Shown in pieces: positions 1 through 11,516 of a DNA stretch of 64,000 nt (position 1 is the stretch's first letter; every line of letters starts with the position of its first letter). The notes beneath the pieces are model-generated. The model was not told the origin of the DNA and made no database searches. It saw nothing but the letters and a program-made list of their open reading frames with translations. The translations under genes were made by a program, and so were the position numbers. The DNA comes from Geosiphon pyriformis uo1 (lineage: Eukaryota; Fungi; Glomeromycota): assembly GCA_016748015.1 (NCBI GenBank), contig JAAOMT010000697.1:318868-382867 (forward strand). The letters are read 5' to 3'.

Positions 1-1609
1 TTTTTTTATTAACAATTATTTATTATCAAAAGTTTTGTAAGACATTACAAAAAACTTAATATTTAATGTAAAAAAATTTTTAAACCAAAACTTTTAATCT
101 TCTTATTTTGTAATTTGATTAATAATAATTTTTAAAATCTATTAAATTTAAAAGCTAAAAACACTAATATATTGTTATTATTACTTAATTTATCAAAGAA
201 AAATTTATTTAGCAGTTGTTTTAAAACATATATTTTAATGAATATCTTTTTTAAAATAATATTATTTATTATTTTATTAGTTTCTAAAGTGTTTAAGTTT
301 ATATAATTAGTTTTTTTTGTAATTGTGTTTTTTATGTTTTTTATATCTGACATTTTACTAATGCTGGTTTTTTTGCTATTTATTTTATTATTTTAAAACT
401 TTTTGCAATTATTATTATTAGCATATAAATTGCTAATAAGAAGAAAATTAACCAATAAATCTACTATATTACTAATAACTTCAGGCTTTTTTGGTTTTTT
501 ATATAAAGCATTATAAGAGTAAAAACTTTCAATATGCTTTTTTTTAATACCAAACTGGGTCTTCAATTCAATTAAACCAGAACTAAAACTGCCAGCAAAA
601 AAGCTTACCAGTTTTATAGTAATAAAAATAAGTGTATTAAAAAAAATAACTGTAAAAACAGAAGAAAAAAAAAAATTTTTTTTATTTTTTCGATTATTTT
701 ATGTTTTTACTGTAACCAAAAAATCAACAAAAAATTAATATATGTATTAATTATTTAATATTATATAATTAATTATTTTATTTTTAAATAATAATTATTA
801 ATCTAATTATTAATTTAGTTATTAAATTTTTTAATAGTTATATAAGTAATAAATTTTTTAACTGTAAAAAAACATAAAAACCAAAATAAATTATAATAAT
901 TACATATTTAATACTTTTTTTTATATTATTTTTTTCTTTTTTTTGTAGATAAAAATTTATTTATTGATATTTACATACTTTATTTTTTTATTTGTATTAT
1001 TAAAAAACTATTTGTTTGCTTTTATAATTTATTAAATAAAAAAATAAACAAAAATATAATAATATTTATTATTAATTCTAAGAATAATAACAGCAGTATT
1101 ATCTTGTTAACAATTATAAATTATTTTCAAATTTTCCAGAAAAAATTAAACAACTATAATTTTAAACCTAATTATATACACTAAATTTTTTCAAATTTTT
1201 GATTGAATTTTTTTTTTAATTATTTTTATTATTATTATTTTTAATAGTTATTTTTTTATTTATTTATTAGCTTATTACTCAAATTTATAATAATATATTT
1301 TTAAGTTATAATTATATATTATATATATTTATATTTTAATTTGACAATTATTAAATTTATTTCAAAATTATAATACAATAAATTTTCTCTATAGTTATAT
1401 TTTTTGGTTAACATATTTATGATAACTATAAAGAAATATAATTATAAAAAATAATCAATATTTGTTATATAATTTATATATTATATAAATAATATAATAA
1501 TTAATTAAATATATTAAATATTTATAAGACTATATTAAAAAGTTTTAAAAATTAATAAATAACAGATTGAATATTTTTGTTTCTGTTTTTATATTTTTTA
1601 TTAATATGT

Positions 1610-2462
1610 TGTTACTCATAAAAATTAGGAATTATAATAATAAATAAAATAGCCAATCAAAAATAAGTATTATAAAAAAAAGAATTTCAGAATTTCTCTT
1701 AAGGAATTGCAAGATTTCAAAATTCCAGAATTCCAGAATTCTTCTTGAAAAATTGCAGAATTTCAAAATTCCAGAATTCTTTTTAAAAAAATTGAAAGAT
1801 TTCAAGAAATCTTATAAATTATATATATATAATAAGAATATTAGAAGCAAAATAAGTATTCAATCTATATTTAATAGAGTTTAGAACAACAATACTCTTC
1901 TTTTCAAAAAAAGTTTTTTATAACTTAAAGTAAAATTACATTAATATTAATAAAATATCTAATTATCATCTAATTTATATTATTATTGTTTGATTAAAAA
2001 TATTAATTATTTTTTATTATCAACAATTCATGTTAATAAACTCTAATATTTAACTATATTAGAACAATAGCTTCTAATCACAATTATTGATGGAATACTA
2101 ATTTTTTATTTTTTATTTTATTTTATTTTTTATTTGTTTTATTTTTTTGTTTACTAATTGATTAAAGAAATTAAGTACTAAGTATTTGACATTAAAAATA
2201 GTCTGGTAAAAAATCTGAGAACAAGAATAAAAATTTAAGAATAGTTTACTAGAAAGACACAACTGTCAGAATAAACTGGCTATTACACTAAAAAAAAAAT
2301 TCATAAAAAAAATCATTAATTAAATCTCTGTTTATTATACAAAAAACTTAACCAAAATTTTTAGACTCCAAAATTTTTAAAAACTACTATTATTAACAGC
2401 TATTAAGCACTAAGTTATGGGTTTATTATTTATTATAATACTTCAAATAATTACTTATAACA
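1610..2462 (+). mobile_element. Degenerate solo LTR of the B/D LTR family
   Basis: Starts TGTTACTC and ends TAACA. The U3 GAATT/ATTCC repeats match the reverse complement of the B LTR and the 3' end matches the D LTR U5. Flanks are ATGT/ATAT (4-bp TSD with one G>A). Confidence 0.8.
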
Positions 2463-2614
2463 ATATTTAATTTTTTTAAGTTAAATAATAGAATATTAAT
2501 AATATTAATCAACTAATTATTTAATTTTAAAAAATGAATATACTAATAAAAAATATAAAAACAAAGACAAAAATATTCAACTAATTATTTATTAATTTTA
2601 AAACTTTTTAATAT

Positions 2615-3247
2615 TGTTATGGATTGAAGTAACAAGCTAATGGATAGCAAAGGAGAACAAAATTGTAGAGTAATGAAAGGAATCAAAAAAAATTCAACTT
2701 CAAAGAGCAAATTGAATAAGTATAAATTCAATGTGTGAGATCAGTCTCATAAAATATCTCAGTTGCTATACTTTTCAAAGATAACTGGGGAATCTGAAGG
2801 TAGAAAGATAGTCCATACTGTCAACAAATAATTACACTTGATATAATTCTATGCCTTATGTCAATGTTCTTAGAATTCAATATCAGGTATTAGATGTACT
2901 TTTCAGTCATATTTTATTCAATAATTTTCAAATACTGCAATTACACATTTTAGGAAAAGGGTAGAAAATGACCAACAAGTAATCTTTTATCTTTAAGATG
3001 TTCAGATACTTGAAAGTAAGAAAAGAGAAAATTAGTGATAAAAGAAAAATTGAGATGAAAGTTGTTATATTATTTATTTGATTTCCTTAATTTTTGACAT
3101 GCTTTTCTACAGCTAAGAGATTTATTGCTTATATAGCTGTCAAAAGTGGTCAATAATCACTTACTAAAAATAGAATAGCTAATTTATGTAACATCAGTGG
3201 CTAATACATGTGATAATTAATAAGAAGTATAAGTTTTAAACATAATA
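2615..3247 (-). repeat. 3' LTR of element A
   Basis: Direct repeat of 9557-10273. Purine tract (GAAGAGG on minus strand) lies at about 3251-3258. Confidence 0.93.
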
Positions 3248-3969
3248 TCATCCTCTTCAAAGAGATTAAGCTCCAATGAAATCAAGCTATTTATAATGTA
3301 ATCTATTAGAAAAGTTTTATCTAACTCAAAGCTAACTAGTTTGTTGAAGTCTTTTGTGAATAAGGTATATAATACTTGAAATGAAATGAGTTTTGTATCC
3401 AAGAGACCAAATCTTTGTATTAGAGTTTTGGCTCTTTTAGCAATAGTTAAAACTCTTAGAACATCTAACCATATAATGCCCAAAATTTTTGCCTGTATTT
3501 CTGAAGTTGTTTTCTTCATGAGTTTCATATCCTCTATGATTTCACCAAGGTGACCATAGAGTTCTAATTGCCTTCCATATGACAAGTTTTTGTCTATGGA
3601 TAAGATTTCTTGAATTGTTTTTCTAATTGTGTTAGAAGATGAAAGTATAACTGTTGTTATACTTTCTAACAAATATTTATCTATTTTATTACCAATTTTT
3701 TTTCTTTTGATAGTGGTTTTCTTTGGTCTAATAACAGTATGTGTTCTATTGTTATCAGTTATGGTAGTTTGTTTTCCAATAATCAGAGTAGCATTTGGAT
3801 AGTTTTTGATCCAATACTCATGAAAAGTATAGAAAGTGTTTTGAATGTTTTGATTTAGAAAATAATTGTTTATGTTGATTGAAGATATCTCTGTTTTGGG
3901 AATGATGTATTTATTTATACTTGATTTTTGCTGATCATTTAAGTTGGTATTATCACAACAGGCAGCCAA
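3217..3969 (-). CDS. ORF3 of element A, unknown function (env position)
   Basis: 250-aa open frame between integrase and the 3' LTR, with weak motif similarity to ORF3 of B/C/D. Confidence 0.65.
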   Translation of the reverse strand: MAACCDNTNLNDQQKSSINKYIIPKTEISSININNYFLNQNIQNTFYTFHEYWIKNYPNATLIIGKQTTITDNNRTHTVIRPKKTTIKRKKIGNKIDKYLLESITTVILSSSNTIRKTIQEILSIDKNLSYGRQLELYGHLGEIIEDMKLMKKTTSEIQAKILGIIWLDVLRVLTIAKRAKTLIQRFGLLDTKLISFQVLYTLFTKDFNKLVSFELDKTFLIDYIINSLISLELNLFEEDDIMFKTYTSY

Positions 3970-6900
3970 TTAGGTCGTTTATAATATTTTTTGAGTCATA
4001 TACCATGAACAGGATATTTATTGAAGATTGTTCCGGATTGATCTTGAAGAATATAAGAACTATTGTTCAAAACTTTGTTGACTATAAAGAGTCCTTTCCA
4101 CTGGCTAGAGAATTTATTACCATAAAAATTGTCTCTATCTAAATGGTATTCTAATACCAAGCCACCAACACTTAAAGAAAATGTTTTATAGGTTTTTTTT
4201 CTTTTAAGCTTTTCTTGGAACTGTTTTATCTTTTCAAAAGCAATTATTCATGCTTCTACCAAGGAGTCAAGAATAGTATCAAGTCTTCTTTACAAAATGT
4301 CTTTGTAATTTTCTATTGTGATCTCTTCAAAGGGTATTGTTTCAATATTAGTTTCTATTAGTAGTGTTGCCATGCATCTATAGAGCAGATAAAAAAATTT
4401 ATAACTTGTTATGTCATAATTTACAGTTCTATAAGCAAACAAAGCTGAAAGCAGTACTTTGTCCCATAAGTTTGTTTTTTCACTGGTTTTGGCTAAGGTT
4501 TTATATAGTGTTCTATTGAAACGTTCCACTAAGCCATTTATTTGAGGGTGATAAAGAAAGGAAAGTTTATGACATATTCCCATTTTTCTGCAAAGTTTTT
4601 CAACCAGTGTACTGAGAAAAGCTCTTCCTCTATTAGATAAAAGTTCTTTGGAACAGCCATGACAGCAAATAATATTTTCATAAATGAAATTGGCTATTGA
4701 GACTGCTGTTTGGTTTGAGATGGTTCTTGCTTCTATCTACTTTGTAAGATAGTTGGTAGCTGTAATAATGTATCTGTTGCCATCAGGAGTTATTGTTAAA
4801 AGTTTAATAACATTTATACCAATTCTGTCAAATGGTTGACCAACAGAAATTGGATGGATATCTTCTTTGTGATTGGGTTTGCTTTTTTTTAGGCAGATGT
4901 CACAAGTTTTAATGTATTCAGCAATGTTTTTTTCCAAGGTAGGCCAATAATAGTGAGCTAAAGTTTTCTGAATTGTTTTTGTTTTTCCAAAGTGTCCAGC
5001 TAATAAGTCAGTATACATATTGTATATTATAATTTCTTTTTTTTTAAATTTGATGACTCTCTGAGAGCAGTCAAGATCTTTTTTGTTTCTGGTGGATTAA
5101 ATAGAAATTTGATTGTTTGCGCAAATGTTTTCTTTGCTGTCAAGTATATTCTGGTGGGTATTGTCCTTTATCCAAAAATTCCATTAAAGCAGAATAGTTG
5201 TCCAAGTCCATTATTGTGTTTGTTTATGAAGGAGTTACTAATAATTAAGTTGGTTTGGTTTGAAAGGTTGTACTGTTACTGGATGGTAAGTCTAGATAGA
5301 GTGTTGGCATTTTAATGATTTACTCCTTTGTGGTGTTGAATATCATAGTTGAATCCAAGTAAAGTATTCAGTGAGTTATTTGTTTGTGTTTCAGCTTCTT
5401 TTTCTTGTGTAGCTAAACCAAGGCTTGATGATCTGTTACCATTAAGAATTTTGCACCAAGAAGATATTGATCCCAGTAGTTGGTAGTCCAAACTACTGCT
5501 AGACATTTTTGTTTAATAACTGAATAGTTCTTTTCTGCTGGTGTGAGAGATTTACTGGCATATGCTATGGCATATTCTCTGCCATTTTCATTTTTCTGTA
5601 AAAAAACAGCACCAAGTCCATAGCCAGATACATTAGTGTGAAGGATAAAAAATTGGTCCAAATCAGGTTGTTTGAGAATTGGTTCAGTAACAAGTTTTTT
5701 CTTCAAAATTTCAAAAGCTTTTTGTTGATAAGTGCCCCAGTGATAATTGACATTTTTCCTGAGTAGCTGATTAAAAAAAAAGGCGATTTTGGAGAAATCC
5801 TTGATGAATTTGCAATAGTAAGAAGCCAAACCAAAGAAAAAGCATAGTTCAGAAACATTCATTGGTTGTTTAATGTTTTGAACTTTTTCAACTTTAGTTA
5901 AGTCAGGAAAAATTCCATCTTTTGTAACAAAATGACCAAGAAACTGAATAGATTGGCATCCAAAGAAAGATTTGATTGGGTTTATCTTGAGACCAACATT
6001 TCTGAACAGGTCAAAAACCTTCTGTAAATGTTTAAAATGTTCATCCCAGGTTTTTGAGTAGACCATTATGTCGTCTAAGTAGACCAAAACAAAGTTTTCT
6101 TTTACTGATTCAAATACTTTGTTTATTAGGCATTGAAAGATAGGAGGAGCATTAGTGAGACCAAAAGACATGACAATAAATTCATAGGTACCATACTTGG
6201 TGATGAAGGCAGTTTTTTTTCTACTTTCTGGATCCATTTTTACTTGCCAGAATTCAGCAGTTAAGTTAATGGTTGAGAAAAAAGCAGCACCATTAAATTT
6301 ATCTAGCATTGCATCAATTTTGAGGAGTAGATACATGTTTCTTATAGTGATGGCATTTAGTTGGTGATAGTCAACACAGAAGCATAAGGTTCTACCTTTC
6401 TTAGATACTACTACAACTGGAAAAGCTCATTTACTCTTGGTTTCTTGTATAAATCCAAGATCTTTCATCCAGTTTATCTCTTTCTTAATAAACTCATCAT
6501 TATGTTGATTGGATTGATAAGGCTTCAAATAGATGAGGTGAGTTTCTTTGGTGGTGATGGTGTGTTGTATCACATGGGTTCATCCAGGAGTATCACTTTC
6601 TTTTGAAATAATTGGGCTATTTTTAGCCAACAGATTTTCAATGTCCACTTTTTTTTCTTTAGGAGAAGGTTCTCTTTGTTCTATAACTAATGATTGGATT
6701 TCAGGTGGTTCATTCTCAAAAGACTTTTGTACCTCTTTAAGTTCTTCTTGAGGTATTAAGCTAATTGGTTCCCAATTTTTGTAATAGATTAGGCAGGATT
6801 TGTATTCATTACTTGGTGAATACAAAGGTTTATTACACCAGCACCATACACAAAGACCATGCCACCAATAACTGTATTTTGCTTTCTTGCCAGGTTTTCT

Positions 6901-7800
6901 GTCAAAGATTCTTCTAAGAATATCATAATAGAGCCAGCAGATCAGCTTGCCATTTACCATGATTCCTTCTTTGTTAGCTTTAACATTGTCCAGTAGCTTG
7001 CTATTGCTGGTGAAGATGGTATAAATGAGTTTAGCAGTTTCTTCTGGTTCTTCTTAATCTTCATTATTATCACTCTCATTATTATCTAATTCATCTGATT
7101 GTTTTTCTTCTTGGTTTTGCTTGAGTACTAAAGGGGTTGTCCAATATTGGCATTTAACCATAATAGGTTTCTTACTACATCTGATGGTTAGTTCACAAAG
7201 TTCATAGTCAAGTAGTGCTTTGGCTTTCTTAAGTCATTTATTACCAACAATGATGGTGTACTCTTTTGCTTTAGATACTTCTATATCTGTTTCAATGCTA
7301 ATACTATTGATGTGAACAGGAATAGCTTTGGCTATGTCCAGGTCTTTCTTCTTGTCACCATATACATTGGTTATTGGTCTTATAGAAGGCTCATCAATCT
7401 TTCTGCTAATTGCTTTAAAAAAATGTTTGGCAATTACACTAACAGATAATCCACTGTTTAGGATTAAATCAATGAAGTAACCAGCCACTTGGGCTTTACA
7501 AATCAGAAGAGTGACATTGCTGTTATTAGCAAGTTCAGCTTGGCAAGAGTGTTTGTTGATCTTTGGTGTCTTTTTCTTTAGTATCAATAATTTGTGAAGA
7601 TTTTTTCTGAACTGTGGATGGGTCATCAGTTGGCCAAATATAATGTGTGCTGGGGTTTCTATGAGATCTTTAACAACAGAATAGAGTCCAGATTTTTGTA
7701 CAATTTCTGGAGATTCCAACTTTGGAGGATTTTTAAAAACCTTAGTCTTTGGTGGCTCATTGTTATTAGCAAATGATTTGGATGCTTTGTTTGGGTCCAA
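3970..7800 (-). pseudogene. pol of element A (protease, Cys-rich insert, RT, RNase H, integrase)
   Basis: LILNSG (decayed DSG protease), YLDD RT, IAYASKSL RNase H, GHFG..CDIC and YHPQINGLVERFN integrase motifs. Broken by stops and frameshifts. Confidence 0.93.
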
Positions 7801-9038
7801 AACAAAATCAACCTTAGCTTTCTTTTTCTTTCTGGTTGATTCAGAGGTGTTGATTGCTAGTTTATTTATATCATGATCATTATTAGTTAGGTTAAAAGCA
7901 TAAAAGAGGTTTTTTTTTAGTTGGCTTGCACTCTTATCCTTTGAAGGTGTGCCTACTAGTTTAAAGGCTGGTAAACAGTAGCTTCAACTAAGGGATCCTT
8001 TCCAAAGAAATTGATGTTGGCATGATTGGGTCTTTGATTGGGAACATTATTATTGTTGGGTCTGTTATTCTGGGTGTCATTATTTCTGAAAGCTGGAGGA
8101 GACAATGGAGAATTGTTACAGTCTCTGAAAAAGTGTCCGGTTAGTTCACAGCAATAGCACACAGATGGGCCATGATTTTGTTGTTTTTGATATGGTAGTT
8201 GTTGGGGCTGATTGAAGTAGGGTTCAAATCTGGGTCTTTGGGATTGCTAATTGTTTCTAACTGCTTGGGCTAATGGTTCTAATAGCTGGGCAAAATTAGC
8301 TGTAAGTCTATCTATTAACTGTTCATTTGGGTCTTGAGTTTGGGCAGCAAAAGAAGTAGCAGCTATTTGGGAAGCAGGAGCCATAACAGGAGCAGGAGCA
8401 AAAACTGAAAGTGTGGATCCTAGATGCATCTTTTGATTGTTTTCTATTCTCTGAGCAAGTTCAATGGCCATGTCCATTGTGGGATTATCTTTCAAGGCCA
8501 GGAGGGGCCAAAAAGCATATGATAGATTAGTTCTTAGTCCTTTTGTAAAGGAATGTATTTTCTGTTTTTCTGTCCAATTTTTTCCAGAGTCTACTCATTT
8601 AATGAATTTTCTTATTGCTTTGGCATATTCTGTCACAACTTCACCAGGGCCTTAAGTTCTTTTTTCTAATTTCATATGCCATTTTGAAATTAAGATAGGA
8701 GTTCTAAATTTTGTTTTAAACTGGGTAATGAAAGAGATGTTGTTTTCTCTAGCATTTGCTAATGCCCATTTAATGATTTTTTGCTAAGCATTGGCATTGG
8801 TTTCTTGTGAGAACCAAGTAGTAGGAGAGCCTTGAAAGTAGCCACCAACAATTTGGAACTTGTATTCATTATCATATTGGTTTGCTGTGGCAGCTCTCTC
8901 AAAATCATTCAGTCATTCGATTAAATTTTGGGCATCACCTCTAAATAATAGTAATGGGGTGTTGTTTCTTTGCCTTAAAGCAGTCTGTATACCTTGGAGG
9001 GCAATCAGAATGTTTTGTTGCAGAGAGTCTTGAGCCAT
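7801..9038 (-). pseudogene. gag of element A
   Basis: Retrotransposon capsid-like region starting MAQDSLQQ and zinc knuckle CYCCELTGHFFRDC. Confidence 0.85.
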
Positions 9039-9533
9039 TGGTTCAAGTGTAACTGTTTGTGTGGAGTGTTTTGATTCACTTGAAAAGAGATCAAAAACAG
9101 AAACAGTTTGATAGCTTTCTTCTTTTGTTTTAAGAGGAGTTTCTGTTGATTGATAGACAGCAATTCAAATGTGGATTTGATGATTCAGATATTCGAAATC
9201 AGGGGGCTGTTGTTTAAAGGTTGCAGAATATAAGAGCTGATTGATATTGTTGTTTCTTTCTTCAAAGTTATCTTCAAAATAAGCTTGGTCAAAGTAATAA
9301 GTTGTATAAGCTGTGTAGATTTTGCTAAATGCTTGTTCAGGAACCAGTTTCAAAAGTCTTGGAATTGTCTGCTGGATTGTTTTCAATGGGGAAGCAAATC
9401 AAGTAGGAGGGCAAAGGATTGAGTTCAATAAAGTTTAGATTGTTTTTGTTGTGTGCTTCAAAGTGTTCTTTTAATTGTTGTGACAGATATAAATAATCAC
9501 CCATACAATAGGAAACAAAGTGGATTTTAACAA

Positions 9534-9550
9534 CCTCACAGGAAGCACTA
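9534..9550 (-). promoter_or_regulatory. Primer binding site of A (elongator tRNA-Met-like)
   Basis: T(A/G)GTGCTTCCTGTGAGG, 6 nt downstream of the 5' LTR. Confidence 0.8.
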
Positions 9551-9556
9551 CTTTTA

Positions 9557-10273
9557 TGTTATGGATTAGAGTAACAAGCTAACGAATAGCAAGGGAGAAC
9601 AAGATTATAAGATGATGAAAGAAATCAAAGGGAATTCAACTTCAAAGAGCAAATTGAATAAGTATGGGTTCAATGTGTGAGATCAGTCTCATAAAATATC
9701 TCAGTCACTATACTTTTCAAAGATAACTGGAGAATCTGAAGGTAGAGAGATAGTCTGTACTGTTAACAAATGATCATGCCTGATATAATTTTATGCTTCA
9801 CATTAGCACTCTTAGAATTCAATATCAGGTATCAAATGTACTTTTTAGTCATGTTTTATTCAATAATTTTCAAATGCTGCAATTACACATTTCAGGAAAA
9901 GGGTAGAAAATGACCAACAAGTAATTTTTTATCTTTAAGATGTTCAGATACTTAAAAGTAGAGAAAAGAGAAATTAGCAATAAGAGAAAAATTGAGATAA
10001 AAGTTGTTATTTTATTTATTTGATTTTCTTGATTTCTAACATGCTTTTCTATAGCTAAGAGATTCATCACTTATATAGCTATCAAAAGTGGTCAATAATC
10101 AGGTTAACAACTAAGTTAATGATCAGGTCAATAATCAGATCAATAATCAAGTCAATGGTCAGGTCATTGATCAGATTAATGATCACTTACTAAAAATAGA
10201 GTGGCTAATTTATGTGACATCAGTGGCTAATACATGTGATAATTAATAAGAAGTATAAGTTTCAACCGTAACA
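9557..10273 (-). repeat. 5' LTR of element A
   Basis: TGTTA...TAACA termini. Carries an expanded 12-bp tandem array at about 10090-10186. Confidence 0.95.
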
Positions 10274-10499
10274 ATATATTGTAATTAAAAAAAATGCAAA
10301 TTTTAATTTATTTAATATATTTTTTATTTTTAATATTCAAAAAAGCTATTTATTTACAGCTGTTTTTTTTCTGAACTTCAAAAACAGTATTATAAATTAA
10401 TATTTTCAAAGTTTTAAAAAAGTCTGAACCAATTTTTTTACTATGTTGCTTTTTACAATAATATAACATATTTTTAAGTGTAATTTTATCTTAATATAT

Positions 10500-11358
10500 A
10501 GATAAAAAAGACAAAAATTTATTTTTACTTTTTAAATTTTCATCTGTATTAGAATTTTTATTATACTTATTGTTAATAAAATCTATAATTTTATTTTTTA
10601 AAATATAAGTAAACAATAATTTAAACTTGTTAATATTAATAAAATTTATTATTAATAGCTTATTAATATTAATATACTTAATAAAAATCTGTATTTTTTG
10701 TAAAAATTCTTGTTTAATATCTAATAAATAGGTTAATATTTGGCTATTATTTAAAATTTTTATATGATATTAACAGTTTTAAATTGTAATTATTAATATT
10801 ACTAATCACATATTAATTAAAAAGTTAATTATATTTTTTAATATTATTGTTAATATTAAAATTTTATTATTATACTGATTAATAAGATAAAAAAGAACCA
10901 ATTTTTGGTATTGTGTTTTAAAAAATACAATAATTTTCATTTTTAATATTTGCAAATAAGATATTGTATTGAATGATAAATATCTAATCATAATATTAAA
11001 TAGTATCAAAAGTTTTTTATCATAAGAATTAGCATTATTAAGCAATAACAAAATTTTTTTTTTCTTGTGGCACATTTTTTTATTTAATAAATTAAGCTAT
11101 TTATTAAAAATATCTGTTTATATTTATGCTTTAATATTTTAGTAATAATTATCAAAAGTATATTTATGTTAATATTATAAAAACATTATAACTTTATAGC
11201 TTTACTAATAATTAAAAATTGCAATTTAATGCTGCTTATTATATTATAAACAAAAATTATAATAATTTGATTCTTATTATACTTGGTACTAAAAATAAGT
11301 CTCATTGTCAAAGTTGTATTTAATAATATTCTAAAAAATAATGTTATTTTATTAGCAT
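10500..11358 (-). pseudogene. pogo/Tigger (DDE_1) transposase relic, 3' part
   Basis: Decayed KILLLLNNANSY (cf. KILLLLDNAPSH), YLSFNTISYLQ (cf. FLPPNTTSxLQP) and ADETxLFFR-like motifs. The left boundary is approximate. Confidence 0.75.
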
Positions 11359-11516
11359 AAATATATTAGTTATAATAAAAACTTCTTTTTCTCCTTCATC
11401 CAGAATTCCCAAAAAAGAGTTAAAAGTTTTTTCAAAAGAAGTTTTTTACCATTCAGTATGATAAATCAAAACTGTTCTTCGATTATAAGGCCACTGTTGG
11501 TCTTGTTATTGCTGTT

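Larger units (their letters stand above)
2615..10273 (-). mobile_element. Ty3/Gypsy LTR retrotransposon A (degenerate, full length, with ORF3)
   Basis: Paired LTRs, ATAT 4-bp TSD, PBS, and gag-PR-RT-RH-IN order on the minus strand. Confidence 0.95.

Noticed and set aside
1-1600. ORF 132-353 and other AT-rich open frames
   Set aside because: Low-complexity K/N/I composition with no recognisable domain. Probably an eroded TE that I cannot identify.
2741-2801. Intron-containing tRNA-Met gene (anticodon arm split at the canonical 37/38 position)
   Set aside because: No D arm, T arm or acceptor stem in the flanks. It lies in both LTRs antisense to the element, so it is better explained as primer-complementary sequence.
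11377-11450. Hammerhead ribozyme at the LINE 5' end (ancestral CGAAA plus flanking stem)
   Set aside because: Two of three copies read CCAAAAA rather than CTGAnGA, which runs against the mutation bias, and stem I cannot be formed.
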